A stretch of 64,000 nt of DNA. Source: an uncultured bacterium. GTDB taxonomy: Bacteria; Chloroflexota; UBA5177; JANWHV01. Below the pieces are notes generated by a model. The model ran no database searches and was not told the DNA's origin. It worked only from the letters and a program-made list of their open reading frames with translations. Below are positions 52,805-61,445 of this stretch, one piece after another. The stretch's first letter is position 1. Each line of letters opens with the position of its first letter. Location: assembly GCA_963827235.1 (NCBI GenBank), contig CAWHAE010000012.1:448001-512000 (forward strand). The letters are read 5' to 3'. A program made the translations under genes and the position numbers.

Positions 52805-53920
52805 ATGAACGGCGATGAACACGCATGGTGGGTTCACGTGGTGCGCCGCGGCGTGGTCGTGGCGCTGCTGTTGCTGCCGGCGGCGCATGCGATGGGGGCG
52901 AACGCCGGCGGTGGCGTGGAATATCGGGCTCTGCAAGGGTCCCGGTCGCCACTGCAAGGCCCACCGGCGATCGTGGAACTGGGCACTTTGCCGGGAGGGT
53001 CGGTTAGCGCGGCGTCCGGCATCAACGATCTGGGCCAGGTCGTGGGTAGCGCGGACAACGGCAGCCAGATGCATGCCGTGCGCTGGGACGGGGCAAGGAT
53101 CACCGACCTCGGTACGCTTCCGGGCGGAACGTGGAGCACCGCCTTGCGGATCAACGCCCGGGGTCAGATCGTGGGCTACTCGTCCACTGCCGGCGGCTCG
53201 TATCACCCGGTGCTGTGGGATCGAGGCACGATCACCGATCTCGGCTCTCTCGGCGGCGGATCCGGGTACGCAAATGGCATCAACGATCGCGGCCAGATCG
53301 TGGGAGGCGTAGCCGGCAGTGGCGGTCTGTATCGCCCAGTGATGTGGGATAGGGGCCGAATCGCCGATATCGGCACGCTGCCGGGAGAGACATGGGCCAT
53401 GGCCCAGGACATCAACGCGCTGGGCCAAATAGTGGGCTATGGCACGACTCCCGGCGCGCAGCGGCCGCTGCTCTGGGAAAGGGGTGTGATCACCGACCTC
53501 GGCACCCTTGGCGGCAGCTACGGCTATGCCAATGCGATCAACAATCGTGGCCAGATCGTGGGCTACGCCGCTCCCACCAGCGGCGGACCATATCAGCCGG
53601 TGCTTTGGGATAGGGGTGTGATCGCCGACCTTGGCACCCTGAGCGCAGGCGCCGGGTATGCCAACGACATCAACGAGAGGGGCCAGGTCGTGGGCAATGC
53701 GGCAACCGCCGACGGAGATACGCATGCCGTGCTCTGGGACAACGGCACGATCGTCGACCTCGGCACGCTTCCGGGCGGCGGATCGAGCGGTGCTTCCGGC
53801 ATCAACGACTACGGCCAGATCGTGGGTATTGCCGTGAATGCCGCGCACATGCAGCGTGCGGTCCTCTGGCAACCCGCGGCGGGCTGTCGCGCGCTGCCTT
53901 CCGGGGTGTGCCTGCGCTGA
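52805..53920 (+). CDS. Secreted HAF-repeat protein (7 repeats)
   Basis: Signal peptide; seven DLGTL..A..IN..GQIVG..AVLW repeats. Confidence 0.92.
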   Translation: MNGDEHAWWVHVVRRGVVVALLLLPAAHAMGANAGGGVEYRALQGSRSPLQGPPAIVELGTLPGGSVSAASGINDLGQVVGSADNGSQMHAVRWDGARITDLGTLPGGTWSTALRINARGQIVGYSSTAGGSYHPVLWDRGTITDLGSLGGGSGYANGINDRGQIVGGVAGSGGLYRPVMWDRGRIADIGTLPGETWAMAQDINALGQIVGYGTTPGAQRPLLWERGVITDLGTLGGSYGYANAINNRGQIVGYAAPTSGGPYQPVLWDRGVIADLGTLSAGAGYANDINERGQVVGNAATADGDTHAVLWDNGTIVDLGTLPGGGSSGASGINDYGQIVGIAVNAAHMQRAVLWQPAAGCRALPSGVCLR

Positions 53921-54637
53921 AGCGGTCCCTTGGCGAACGCGCGCTTCACGCGGCAGTTGGCTGTCGATAAGCAACCCATGGTCCGATCGGAGACCGGCCG
54001 TTCAGGTCGGTCGACTCATGGGCGACGCCGCGGCCGGGTTGGAAATGGATCGGCCAGGTCACGATCTTCGCTTGCCTGCGCCGCGGCCTGTAGGTGAAGC
54101 GCGGCTGGAAGCTTCACAGGCGCGGCTACCGCGCGAAGTCCCACAGGCGGCCGTCCTCACGATGCCGCGGTGCTGCAGCCGTTTCGGGCAAGCGTCTTGA
54201 GGGATAGGAAAACCTGCCATGCCAGTATGCAGGTCTTTCCTACTGTAACTTCCGGACCACCCGTCGCGCGATGAGAAATCGCTCCCATCGCCTATTGGGT
54301 TAGCGTGCGATCCGATTTCGCGGCGGCCAGCGTGGCAGAGACCGACAGGGGCACCGGCCGCAGTGGGTCGCAGTTGATGCCCGACCGCCGTCGTCTGCTG
54401 TCATAGCTCCGCGGAGTCAGGCTGTACGCACCCACGGCGCGCAGCGGATGTCACGTGCATCCACTGCGTGTCGGGTGCAATGGCATTCTCTGTGACGGGC
54501 TGCAATACCCAGGCCAGGGTGTAACCCGCGAGGGCGGAGTGAACTCCGCGCTTGGCGGTCCATGAGCCTCCCCAGGATGAATCCTTGGGCATCGAGTGCG
54601 CCTTCGCCGCCAATGTGGCTCCCAGCGTGGCTTGCCG

Positions 54638-55981
54638 TTAGGCCCGCCACCTGCGGCGAGCGGGCATCGCGCCTGCTTCGCGCGAGCGCGCGCCGTCGAA
54701 AGCCGGTCGCGGGCTCTCGCTCCGTGACGGGCTGCCTCCCTGCGGCGCGGTGGCTGCCGGTTCCCTGTGCACTGCCGGGTGCAGCCGTCCCAGGACGGCC
54801 GGACCTGCCTGGACGCGACGGGGTGCTGGCGCCGCCTGCCCTCGAGTGGCCTGCGGCGAGAGCTTGCGCTGGATGCTCCGCAGCTCGATCTCGTCCTCGG
54901 GGGCGACCAGCGTGATCGCCACGCCGTCCGCGCCCATGCGCGCCGTGCGGCCGACGCGATGCGTGTAGGCCTCGGCCGTGTCCGGCAGATCGTAGTTCAC
55001 GACGTGCGTCAGCCCGGTGATGTCGATGCCGCGGCTGGCGATATCGGTGGCGACAAGCACCTCGAGCTGCCCAGCGCGCAGCGCCCCGAGCGCCCTTTCC
55101 CTCTGCGCCTGGGTACGGCGTCCGTGTAGCGTCGCTACCTTGAAGCCTCGCCTCTCCAGGTCCGTGGCGAGCTTGTCCGCTTTGTGCGTCGTCCGCCGGA
55201 AGACCAGAGCCAGGCGGCACTCGGCGCCGATCAGTATGTCGTGCAGCTTCTCAATCTTCTCGGACGTCGTGCCGACGCGGAGAAACTGCTCGTCCAGGGT
55301 GTCCAGCTGGGAATCCTCGACTGCAGGCGAGACCCGGGCGGCATTTCGCGTATGGCGCGCGACCAGCGCCTCCACCTCGGCCGGGAACGTGGCGCTGAAC
55401 AGACCGGTCTGCCGAGCCGCTGGCACGGCGCGCAGGATTCTGTCGATGTCGGGGGCAAAGCCCACGTCGAGCATGCGATCGGCCTCGTCCAGTATGACGA
55501 GCCGCACGCGGCTCAGGTCCAGCGTGCCACGGGCCACGTGATCGAGCACCCGTCCCGGTGTGCCTACCACGACCTGGGCGCCGCCGCGCAGGGCCTGGAG
55601 CTGCGGCAGCATGCTGACGCCTCCGTAGATCGCGACGACGCGCACGCCGGACGCGTGCCCGAGGGCGTCCACCGCGGTCGCCACCTGAGAAGCCAGCTCC
55701 CGCGTCGGCGTCAAGACGATTGCCTGCACGAAGCGGTCCTGGGCCCTGATGCCTTCGACGAGCGGTATGCCAAAGCCTGCAGTCTTGCCGGACCCGGTCT
55801 TTGCCAGCCCGATGACGTCTCGCCCCTCGCGCAGCAACGGAATGGACAGCTCCTGGATCGGCGTCGGTTTCGTGTAGCCGAGCGCGCTCAGCGCGCGATC
55901 GATCCGCGCGTCGACGGGTATGCTGCCAAAGCGCAGCTGCTGCTCCAGAGGCCGTGTCTCCGCGGTTGCCATGGTTACCAT
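54638..55981 (-). CDS. DEAD-box RNA helicase (RhlE/CshA-like)
   Basis: PTPIQ, AKTGSGKT, PTRELA, TPGR, DEAD, SAT, ATDIASRGID, HRVGRTAR. Confidence 0.96.
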   Translation of the reverse strand: MVTMATAETRPLEQQLRFGSIPVDARIDRALSALGYTKPTPIQELSIPLLREGRDVIGLAKTGSGKTAGFGIPLVEGIRAQDRFVQAIVLTPTRELASQVATAVDALGHASGVRVVAIYGGVSMLPQLQALRGGAQVVVGTPGRVLDHVARGTLDLSRVRLVILDEADRMLDVGFAPDIDRILRAVPAARQTGLFSATFPAEVEALVARHTRNAARVSPAVEDSQLDTLDEQFLRVGTTSEKIEKLHDILIGAECRLALVFRRTTHKADKLATDLERRGFKVATLHGRRTQAQRERALGALRAGQLEVLVATDIASRGIDITGLTHVVNYDLPDTAEAYTHRVGRTARMGADGVAITLVAPEDEIELRSIQRKLSPQATRGQAAPAPRRVQAGPAVLGRLHPAVHREPAATAPQGGSPSRSESPRPAFDGARSREAGAMPARRRWRA

Positions 55982-56439
55982 GAATTCTCCATACCAGCGT
56001 GCGGCCGGCTGCCGGCAGCACGATCTTCTTTGTTCTCGGGGCAGCGCATTGCCATCGCGGCACTCGCTTCGCCGGGAGCGTCCCACCAGAATTGCCCCGG
56101 CGCGACGACGCCGCGGGCTGCACTGTTGGTCAAGCTGAATGGGTCCGACTGGCAAACCCGATCTGGCAATGCAGAGTGCACTGCGCGGGGAGCGGACACC
56201 AGAAGACAGCGACATTACCATGCACCAGCCCGTGGAACCCGGCCGGTGCCAGACGTCTGCAGTATAGCACGGTAGCCAGATCGTGTCCTTGCGGCAAAGA
56301 GGCCGGCGTAGAATACTGGAACCGCGAGCGAGCGAAAGCCCGCGCGGCATGTCCGTCTGTGCCCATACCAGGACGGGGGGTCAACACGTAGGCGAGGACG
56401 GCATCTTGCTCGGGCGGCGAGCCGGTTCGGAGAGCAGCG

Positions 56440-57849
56440 ATGCGTTCATGGGAATCGATGGCCGGTCGTCTTGCACTGTGCGCGGCTTTAGTCTGCGCAG
56501 TGAGCGGCCTCTCCGCGGCTATAGCCGGTCCGCCTCGGCACGCCGAAGCAGCGGGCATAACAGGTGCCACCCCGGCAAGCATTTCTGAGCCGGCTGAGTC
56601 TGCCTTCTCAGGTACTCTCGGCACGGTGACGACCGACGACGCGTCTATCCCACCTTCCGACCTGGTTAGCACGATCCAGTGGGGGGATGCATCAGGATCG
56701 GCGGGCAGCGCGACGGTCGATACGGCTCAGCCGAACAGCTTCTTCATTGGCGGCTCGCACACCTACGCCCTGGCCGGCTCCTACAGCCTGGTAGTCACCG
56801 TGACGTACTCGTCGGGCGGCGTGCAGCTCTCTGCCACGACGTTTTATCCTCAGGCGACCATCACCGCGCCACTGGCCACCGCCGGCACTGCCTCGAGCAC
56901 GCCTACCTGGACGCGAACCGCCACGACTACCTGGACGCGAACCGCCACGCCTACGTTCACATTCACGGTCACCTTGACGAGGACCCCTACCCGCACCATC
57001 ACGCCGAGCGTGACGAAGACGTGGACCGGCACGCCGACCTATACTCCGACCAGGACACACACCGTCACACCAACCAGTACTCCGACGGCGACGGCCACCA
57101 AAACCGCTACCGGTTCGCCGACCGTCACACAGACCGGGACGCCGACCGTCACACAGACGCCCACTGATACTGCCACCGGCACGGCCACAGAGACCGTCAC
57201 GGCGGCAGTCACTGTGAGCAGCACCGTGACCGGCACCAATACGGCAACACTGAGCGACACGCCTGCCACGACGCCGTCAGCCACGCTCACGGGCACACCG
57301 AGAGGGACGCCCGCGCGGACGGCTACACGCGCGACGCGGGCGCGGACCGTGACGCCGGTCATGTCGCCGGCGAGAACGGCGAGCCGCACCCCGGTGCCTG
57401 GCAAGGCGACGATCGTGGCGGAGCATGCACGACCGGCCGCTGCGGCGGTGGTGACAAAGAAGCTGAACACACCGCTGACGATGCGCGTGACGTCCCAGGT
57501 CATCTCCGGTGCCGTATTGAAGGCGCACATCACGACAAGTCCAAAGGCTCGCGTGCAAGCAGCACTCAAGGTTCAGGTGACGGCGGTGGCCTATATCGGC
57601 ACGGGCTCCCGGCGCCAACGCGTCGTAGTGAAGAAGGTTGCTTACCAGGTGACCTGGAGTGGTACGGCGAACAAGACGGGCGCCGCGGATGCGTCGCTGC
57701 GTGTCACCTACCACCCGAAGTCAGCCGTGAAGGCGCAGTTTACCGTCACCTCTCGTGGCAGCCTTGGTGCGACCATTCGCTCCTCCACCATCACCATAAG
57801 ACCGCCGGCACAATCCGACGAAAGGCAGGCCAGCCGGCCCAGCAAGTGA
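56440..57849 (+). CDS. Secreted protein: PKD/Ig-like domain, Thr-rich linker, basic C-terminal domain
   Basis: Signal peptide; IQWGD..SHTYA..GSY..VTV; long T/P repeats; Lys/Arg-rich tail. Confidence 0.8.
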   Translation: MRSWESMAGRLALCAALVCAVSGLSAAIAGPPRHAEAAGITGATPASISEPAESAFSGTLGTVTTDDASIPPSDLVSTIQWGDASGSAGSATVDTAQPNSFFIGGSHTYALAGSYSLVVTVTYSSGGVQLSATTFYPQATITAPLATAGTASSTPTWTRTATTTWTRTATPTFTFTVTLTRTPTRTITPSVTKTWTGTPTYTPTRTHTVTPTSTPTATATKTATGSPTVTQTGTPTVTQTPTDTATGTATETVTAAVTVSSTVTGTNTATLSDTPATTPSATLTGTPRGTPARTATRATRARTVTPVMSPARTASRTPVPGKATIVAEHARPAAAAVVTKKLNTPLTMRVTSQVISGAVLKAHITTSPKARVQAALKVQVTAVAYIGTGSRRQRVVVKKVAYQVTWSGTANKTGAADASLRVTYHPKSAVKAQFTVTSRGSLGATIRSSTITIRPPAQSDERQASRPSK

Positions 57850-58012
57850 GTGAGCTCGCTTGTCGGGCCGCGTCTGGGTCATGCAGGGCCCAAGAAAGGG
57901 AGCCGGAAGACTCGTCTTCCTGTACCTCCAACCTTCGAGATGCGGTACGCTAGAGGATAGGTACTCTGGACGTCATCGATCCCGGTTTTTCCAGCTAACG
58001 GGGAGGAACCCC

Positions 58013-59593
58013 ATGCACGATACTTGCGAGCGCTGCGGCCTGTTCCATCCCGCATCCGCGCCCTGCATCTCACTGAATCTTCGCACCGATGGCCAGCAAG
58101 GGGGCCTGCGACCGGGTACGCTGCTGGCAGGGCGGTACCAGATCACCCGCGTCTTGCATCGCGGCGGGATGAGCATCATCTACCTGGCGGAAGACACCAA
58201 GCTCAACGGCCGTGAGATCGCGCTCAAGGAACTGAGAGTTCCGGACAACGCCTCGGATGCGGACACGCAAGAAGCCGAGGCGTGGTTTGCTCGCGAATCG
58301 GCGCTGTTGAGCATGCTCCGCCACCCATTGATTCCGGTGTTCTACAGTGTCTTCCGCGAAGCCGGTCGCAGCTACATTGCTCAGGAGTACGTTGCGGGCG
58401 AGAACCTCGAGGATCTCGTCCAGCGCCAGGGGCCGATCGAGCCGGATCTCGTTCTGTCCTGGGGCATCGCCCTGACGCAGATGCTGCAGTACCTACACAG
58501 CTTGCCGGAACCGGTAATCTTCCGGGACCTCAAGCCGGCCAACATCGTGTTGCGTTCCATGTGGAGCTCGCCGGACCGGCGACTCGCGTTGGTGGACTTT
58601 GGTATCGCGCGATCCTACGCAAAGGACAGTGTCGGCACCGTGATCGGCACTCCGGGCTACGCACCGCCGGAGCAGTACCAGGGTATGGCAACGCCGCAGA
58701 GCGACGTCTATTCGCTCGGCGTCACGCTGCACCGGCTGCTCACGGGGTACGATCCGGAGCAGGGAACGCCGTTCACGTTCCCGCCGGTGCGCTCGCTGAA
58801 TCCGAGCGTGTCGCCGGGCCTGTCCGCGGTGGTTGCTCGAGCAACGGCGTTGAATCCCGCGGAGCGCTTTGCCACTGCCGACGAGATGAACGCAGCGCTG
58901 AGCGAGCTGGCGCCGCCGGCACTGCATGCGTCAGCGCGGCAGCGGCGGCGTACGTCGTTGTTCGACAGCACGTGGATGGCTGTTGCCGCGGCACTCGTGG
59001 GCATATCGTTGCTTTCCCGCATCGCGGCTTTCGTAACTGTACAGCCGAGTCAGGACTGGTCAAACTCAATGATGGCCGGTCCCGGCGTGAGCAGCATCCC
59101 GTCGATTGTCGTGCCCGCTGCATGGCAGTGCGGCAGCGATCAGCTTGGCGCCGCGATCAGTAGTCTCAGCAGCCAGTCATCGCTGATCTTCGCCTGCAGC
59201 AGCGATGGCACGGCCTGGCAGCTCGACACCCAGCATGATCTGCTCTTGCACCACGCCATCGACGGCCCGATCGACACCGCCGTCGGCGTCCCTGTGTCAA
59301 CGCGGGCTTTTGATGCGATCACGCCTGTGCCCAGCTCTGGCGGCGTCCAGGGCGACTACGTCTGGCTGACTGGACATAACACGAACCGTGTTGTCGTGCG
59401 CGATCCCAGCGGACAGTTCCACGTCTACACGATCAAGCTTCCCGGGGCGTCGTCGATTGTTCCTGCCACGGGTCTGGCAGCCTCGATGCTTGGCAGCCAG
59501 ATGAACGGGAGCCTCGTGTTCCAGATACCCGGCCAGTCGGGCACGCATGTGATCACGGCTGGCGGGCAGGTAGATCCGGCCTCGACCAACTGA
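58013..59593 (+). CDS. Membrane Hanks-type Ser/Thr protein kinase
   Basis: GGMSIIY, ALKE, FRDLKPAN, DFG, GTPGYAPPEQ, DVYSLG; TM and extracellular domain; GGAGG RBS. Confidence 0.95.
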   Translation: MHDTCERCGLFHPASAPCISLNLRTDGQQGGLRPGTLLAGRYQITRVLHRGGMSIIYLAEDTKLNGREIALKELRVPDNASDADTQEAEAWFARESALLSMLRHPLIPVFYSVFREAGRSYIAQEYVAGENLEDLVQRQGPIEPDLVLSWGIALTQMLQYLHSLPEPVIFRDLKPANIVLRSMWSSPDRRLALVDFGIARSYAKDSVGTVIGTPGYAPPEQYQGMATPQSDVYSLGVTLHRLLTGYDPEQGTPFTFPPVRSLNPSVSPGLSAVVARATALNPAERFATADEMNAALSELAPPALHASARQRRRTSLFDSTWMAVAAALVGISLLSRIAAFVTVQPSQDWSNSMMAGPGVSSIPSIVVPAAWQCGSDQLGAAISSLSSQSSLIFACSSDGTAWQLDTQHDLLLHHAIDGPIDTAVGVPVSTRAFDAITPVPSSGGVQGDYVWLTGHNTNRVVVRDPSGQFHVYTIKLPGASSIVPATGLAASMLGSQMNGSLVFQIPGQSGTHVITAGGQVDPASTN

Positions 59594-59597
59594 GACA

Positions 59598-59647
59598 TCG
59601 TCCTGCGCAGCCGGCACCACGCGCGTGGTGCCGGCTGCGCAGGACGA
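59598..59647. repeat. Perfect 50-bp palindrome just after the kinase stop
   Basis: TCGTCCTGCGCAGCCGGCACCACGC followed directly by its reverse complement. Confidence 0.9.
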
Positions 59648-59985
59648 GTGCGTTTTCCTGGGCCGGCACACGGGATGGTGGCCGGATTGCCGCGTTCCGT
59701 GTCGCTCGAACGGGGCGGCCTGAAGATCACTGCCGGCCGAGGTCGTGAGGACACCTGCCGGCGGGACATCGCGGGCCGCGAGCGTGGTTGCTCGCCCTGT
59801 GGTTGCACGCCTCCGACCGGAAGCGAAGGACGAGGCCGTCCGCCTCCCCCTTTCGGCGACGGCGGGTACCGGACTAGTCCCTTTTTTGCAGGCTCGTCGG
59901 CCCGACGAGGGTTGTCCGGCGGTCGCGCCCAGGCACATAGTCAGTACTGTATGGGGCACGAGCTCGCGTGCCGAAGGAGTCATGA

Positions 59986-61239
59986 ATGTCCTCTGAGCTT
60001 TCCGTCGCTTTTCTGGGCTCATATCCGCCGCGACCTTGCGGCATAGCGACGTTTACCCGCGACTTGAGTGATGCGATTGCCCGCACGGGCCGCCATGTCG
60101 TCCCCCGCATCGTGGCCATCGACGACGAGGGCTCGCTCTATCGCTACCCTCGCCAGGTACGGTGGCGGATTGACCAGCAAGACCCGGCGAGCTGGAGGGA
60201 TGCCGCGCGGGCACTGAACAGCTCGAAAGTTTCGCTGGTATCCATCCAGCACGAATTCGGTATCGATGGCCATTTCGAGCGCGACGGCCGCTTTGCCGAT
60301 CATCTACCGTACTTCCTCGAGGAGATACGAAAGCCCGTCGTCACCACGCTGCACACGGTCTTGCCGAGTCCGCGCGCCGACATTCGCACGCCAATCCGCT
60401 ATCTTCATGACCGCAGCACCGCGGTGGTAACTATGGTCAACATGGCGCGCATGATTCTGGAGGAAGAATACGGCCTTCAGCCGGACAAGCTGCACATGAT
60501 TCCACACGGCGTGCCCGGAATACGTCGGGTGCCTACCGGGCGCGCCAAGCAATCGATGCAGCTTGGCGGACACACCGTACTGGCGACCTTCGGCCTGCTG
60601 AGCAGCGGCAAGGGCATCCAGTACGTCATCCGCGCCCTTCCCGACGTGGTGAGACACCATCCCGAGACCCTGTACCTGGTGATCGGCGAGACACACCCGG
60701 AGATTCGCAGACGCGAGGGCGAGAAGTATCGTAACTCGCTCATCGATCTGGTGAAGCGGCTTCGCCTCGAGAAGCACGTGCGGTTCGTGAACCAGTACGT
60801 CTCCCAGGACCAGCTGATCAGGTATTTGCAGGCAACCGACATCTACATCACGCCGTACGTGAACCGCAACCAGATCACGAGCGGCACTCTCGCCTATGCG
60901 CTCGGAGCAGGCAAGGCCGTGATCTCCACGCCGTACCTCTACGCGGCGGAAGCGCTGGCAGAAGGCCGCGGTCTGCTTGCCGAGTTTGGCAATCCGAAGT
61001 CGTTTGCCCGCTGCGTTCGCCTGCTTCTCGAGGAACCGGCCCTGCGAGAGCATTGTGAGCGGAGCGCCCTGGCATATGGCAAGCCCATGGGCTGGGACGC
61101 CGTGGGCAACCGCTACGCCGATCTGTTTCTGTCTTGCATAGGCGGGGCACAGTACGTCCACCCTGTCGTGGAGCTGAAGCTGCCGCTGGCCGGCGAGGAG
61201 CAGTCTCGCGAGCTTGCCCAGCTCAAGACAGCGAACTGA
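59986..61239 (+). CDS. Glycosyltransferase family 4 (paralog of 10855..12120)
   Basis: GSYPPRPCGIATFT, QHEFG, TFGLLSSGKG, QITSGTLAYALGAGKAV. Confidence 0.93.
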   Translation: MSSELSVAFLGSYPPRPCGIATFTRDLSDAIARTGRHVVPRIVAIDDEGSLYRYPRQVRWRIDQQDPASWRDAARALNSSKVSLVSIQHEFGIDGHFERDGRFADHLPYFLEEIRKPVVTTLHTVLPSPRADIRTPIRYLHDRSTAVVTMVNMARMILEEEYGLQPDKLHMIPHGVPGIRRVPTGRAKQSMQLGGHTVLATFGLLSSGKGIQYVIRALPDVVRHHPETLYLVIGETHPEIRRREGEKYRNSLIDLVKRLRLEKHVRFVNQYVSQDQLIRYLQATDIYITPYVNRNQITSGTLAYALGAGKAVISTPYLYAAEALAEGRGLLAEFGNPKSFARCVRLLLEEPALREHCERSALAYGKPMGWDAVGNRYADLFLSCIGGAQYVHPVVELKLPLAGEEQSRELAQLKTAN

Positions 61240-61445
61240 AGCCGCCCTCAGCCTCCACCTGAGGAGATGGCACGGAGGGGGCGGGCCGCGGCCGGCCGCG
61301 ATAAACACGCCCTGCGAAGCCGGATCCCGCGCCGGCGATGCTGGAACACGTCATACACGTTTTCCAGCATCGCCCTCCGCCCCTGCGCCGACCGGCGCCA
61401 TGACCCGGCGCACGCCAGGTGGCGCGGCTGGGACGCATGACCGGG

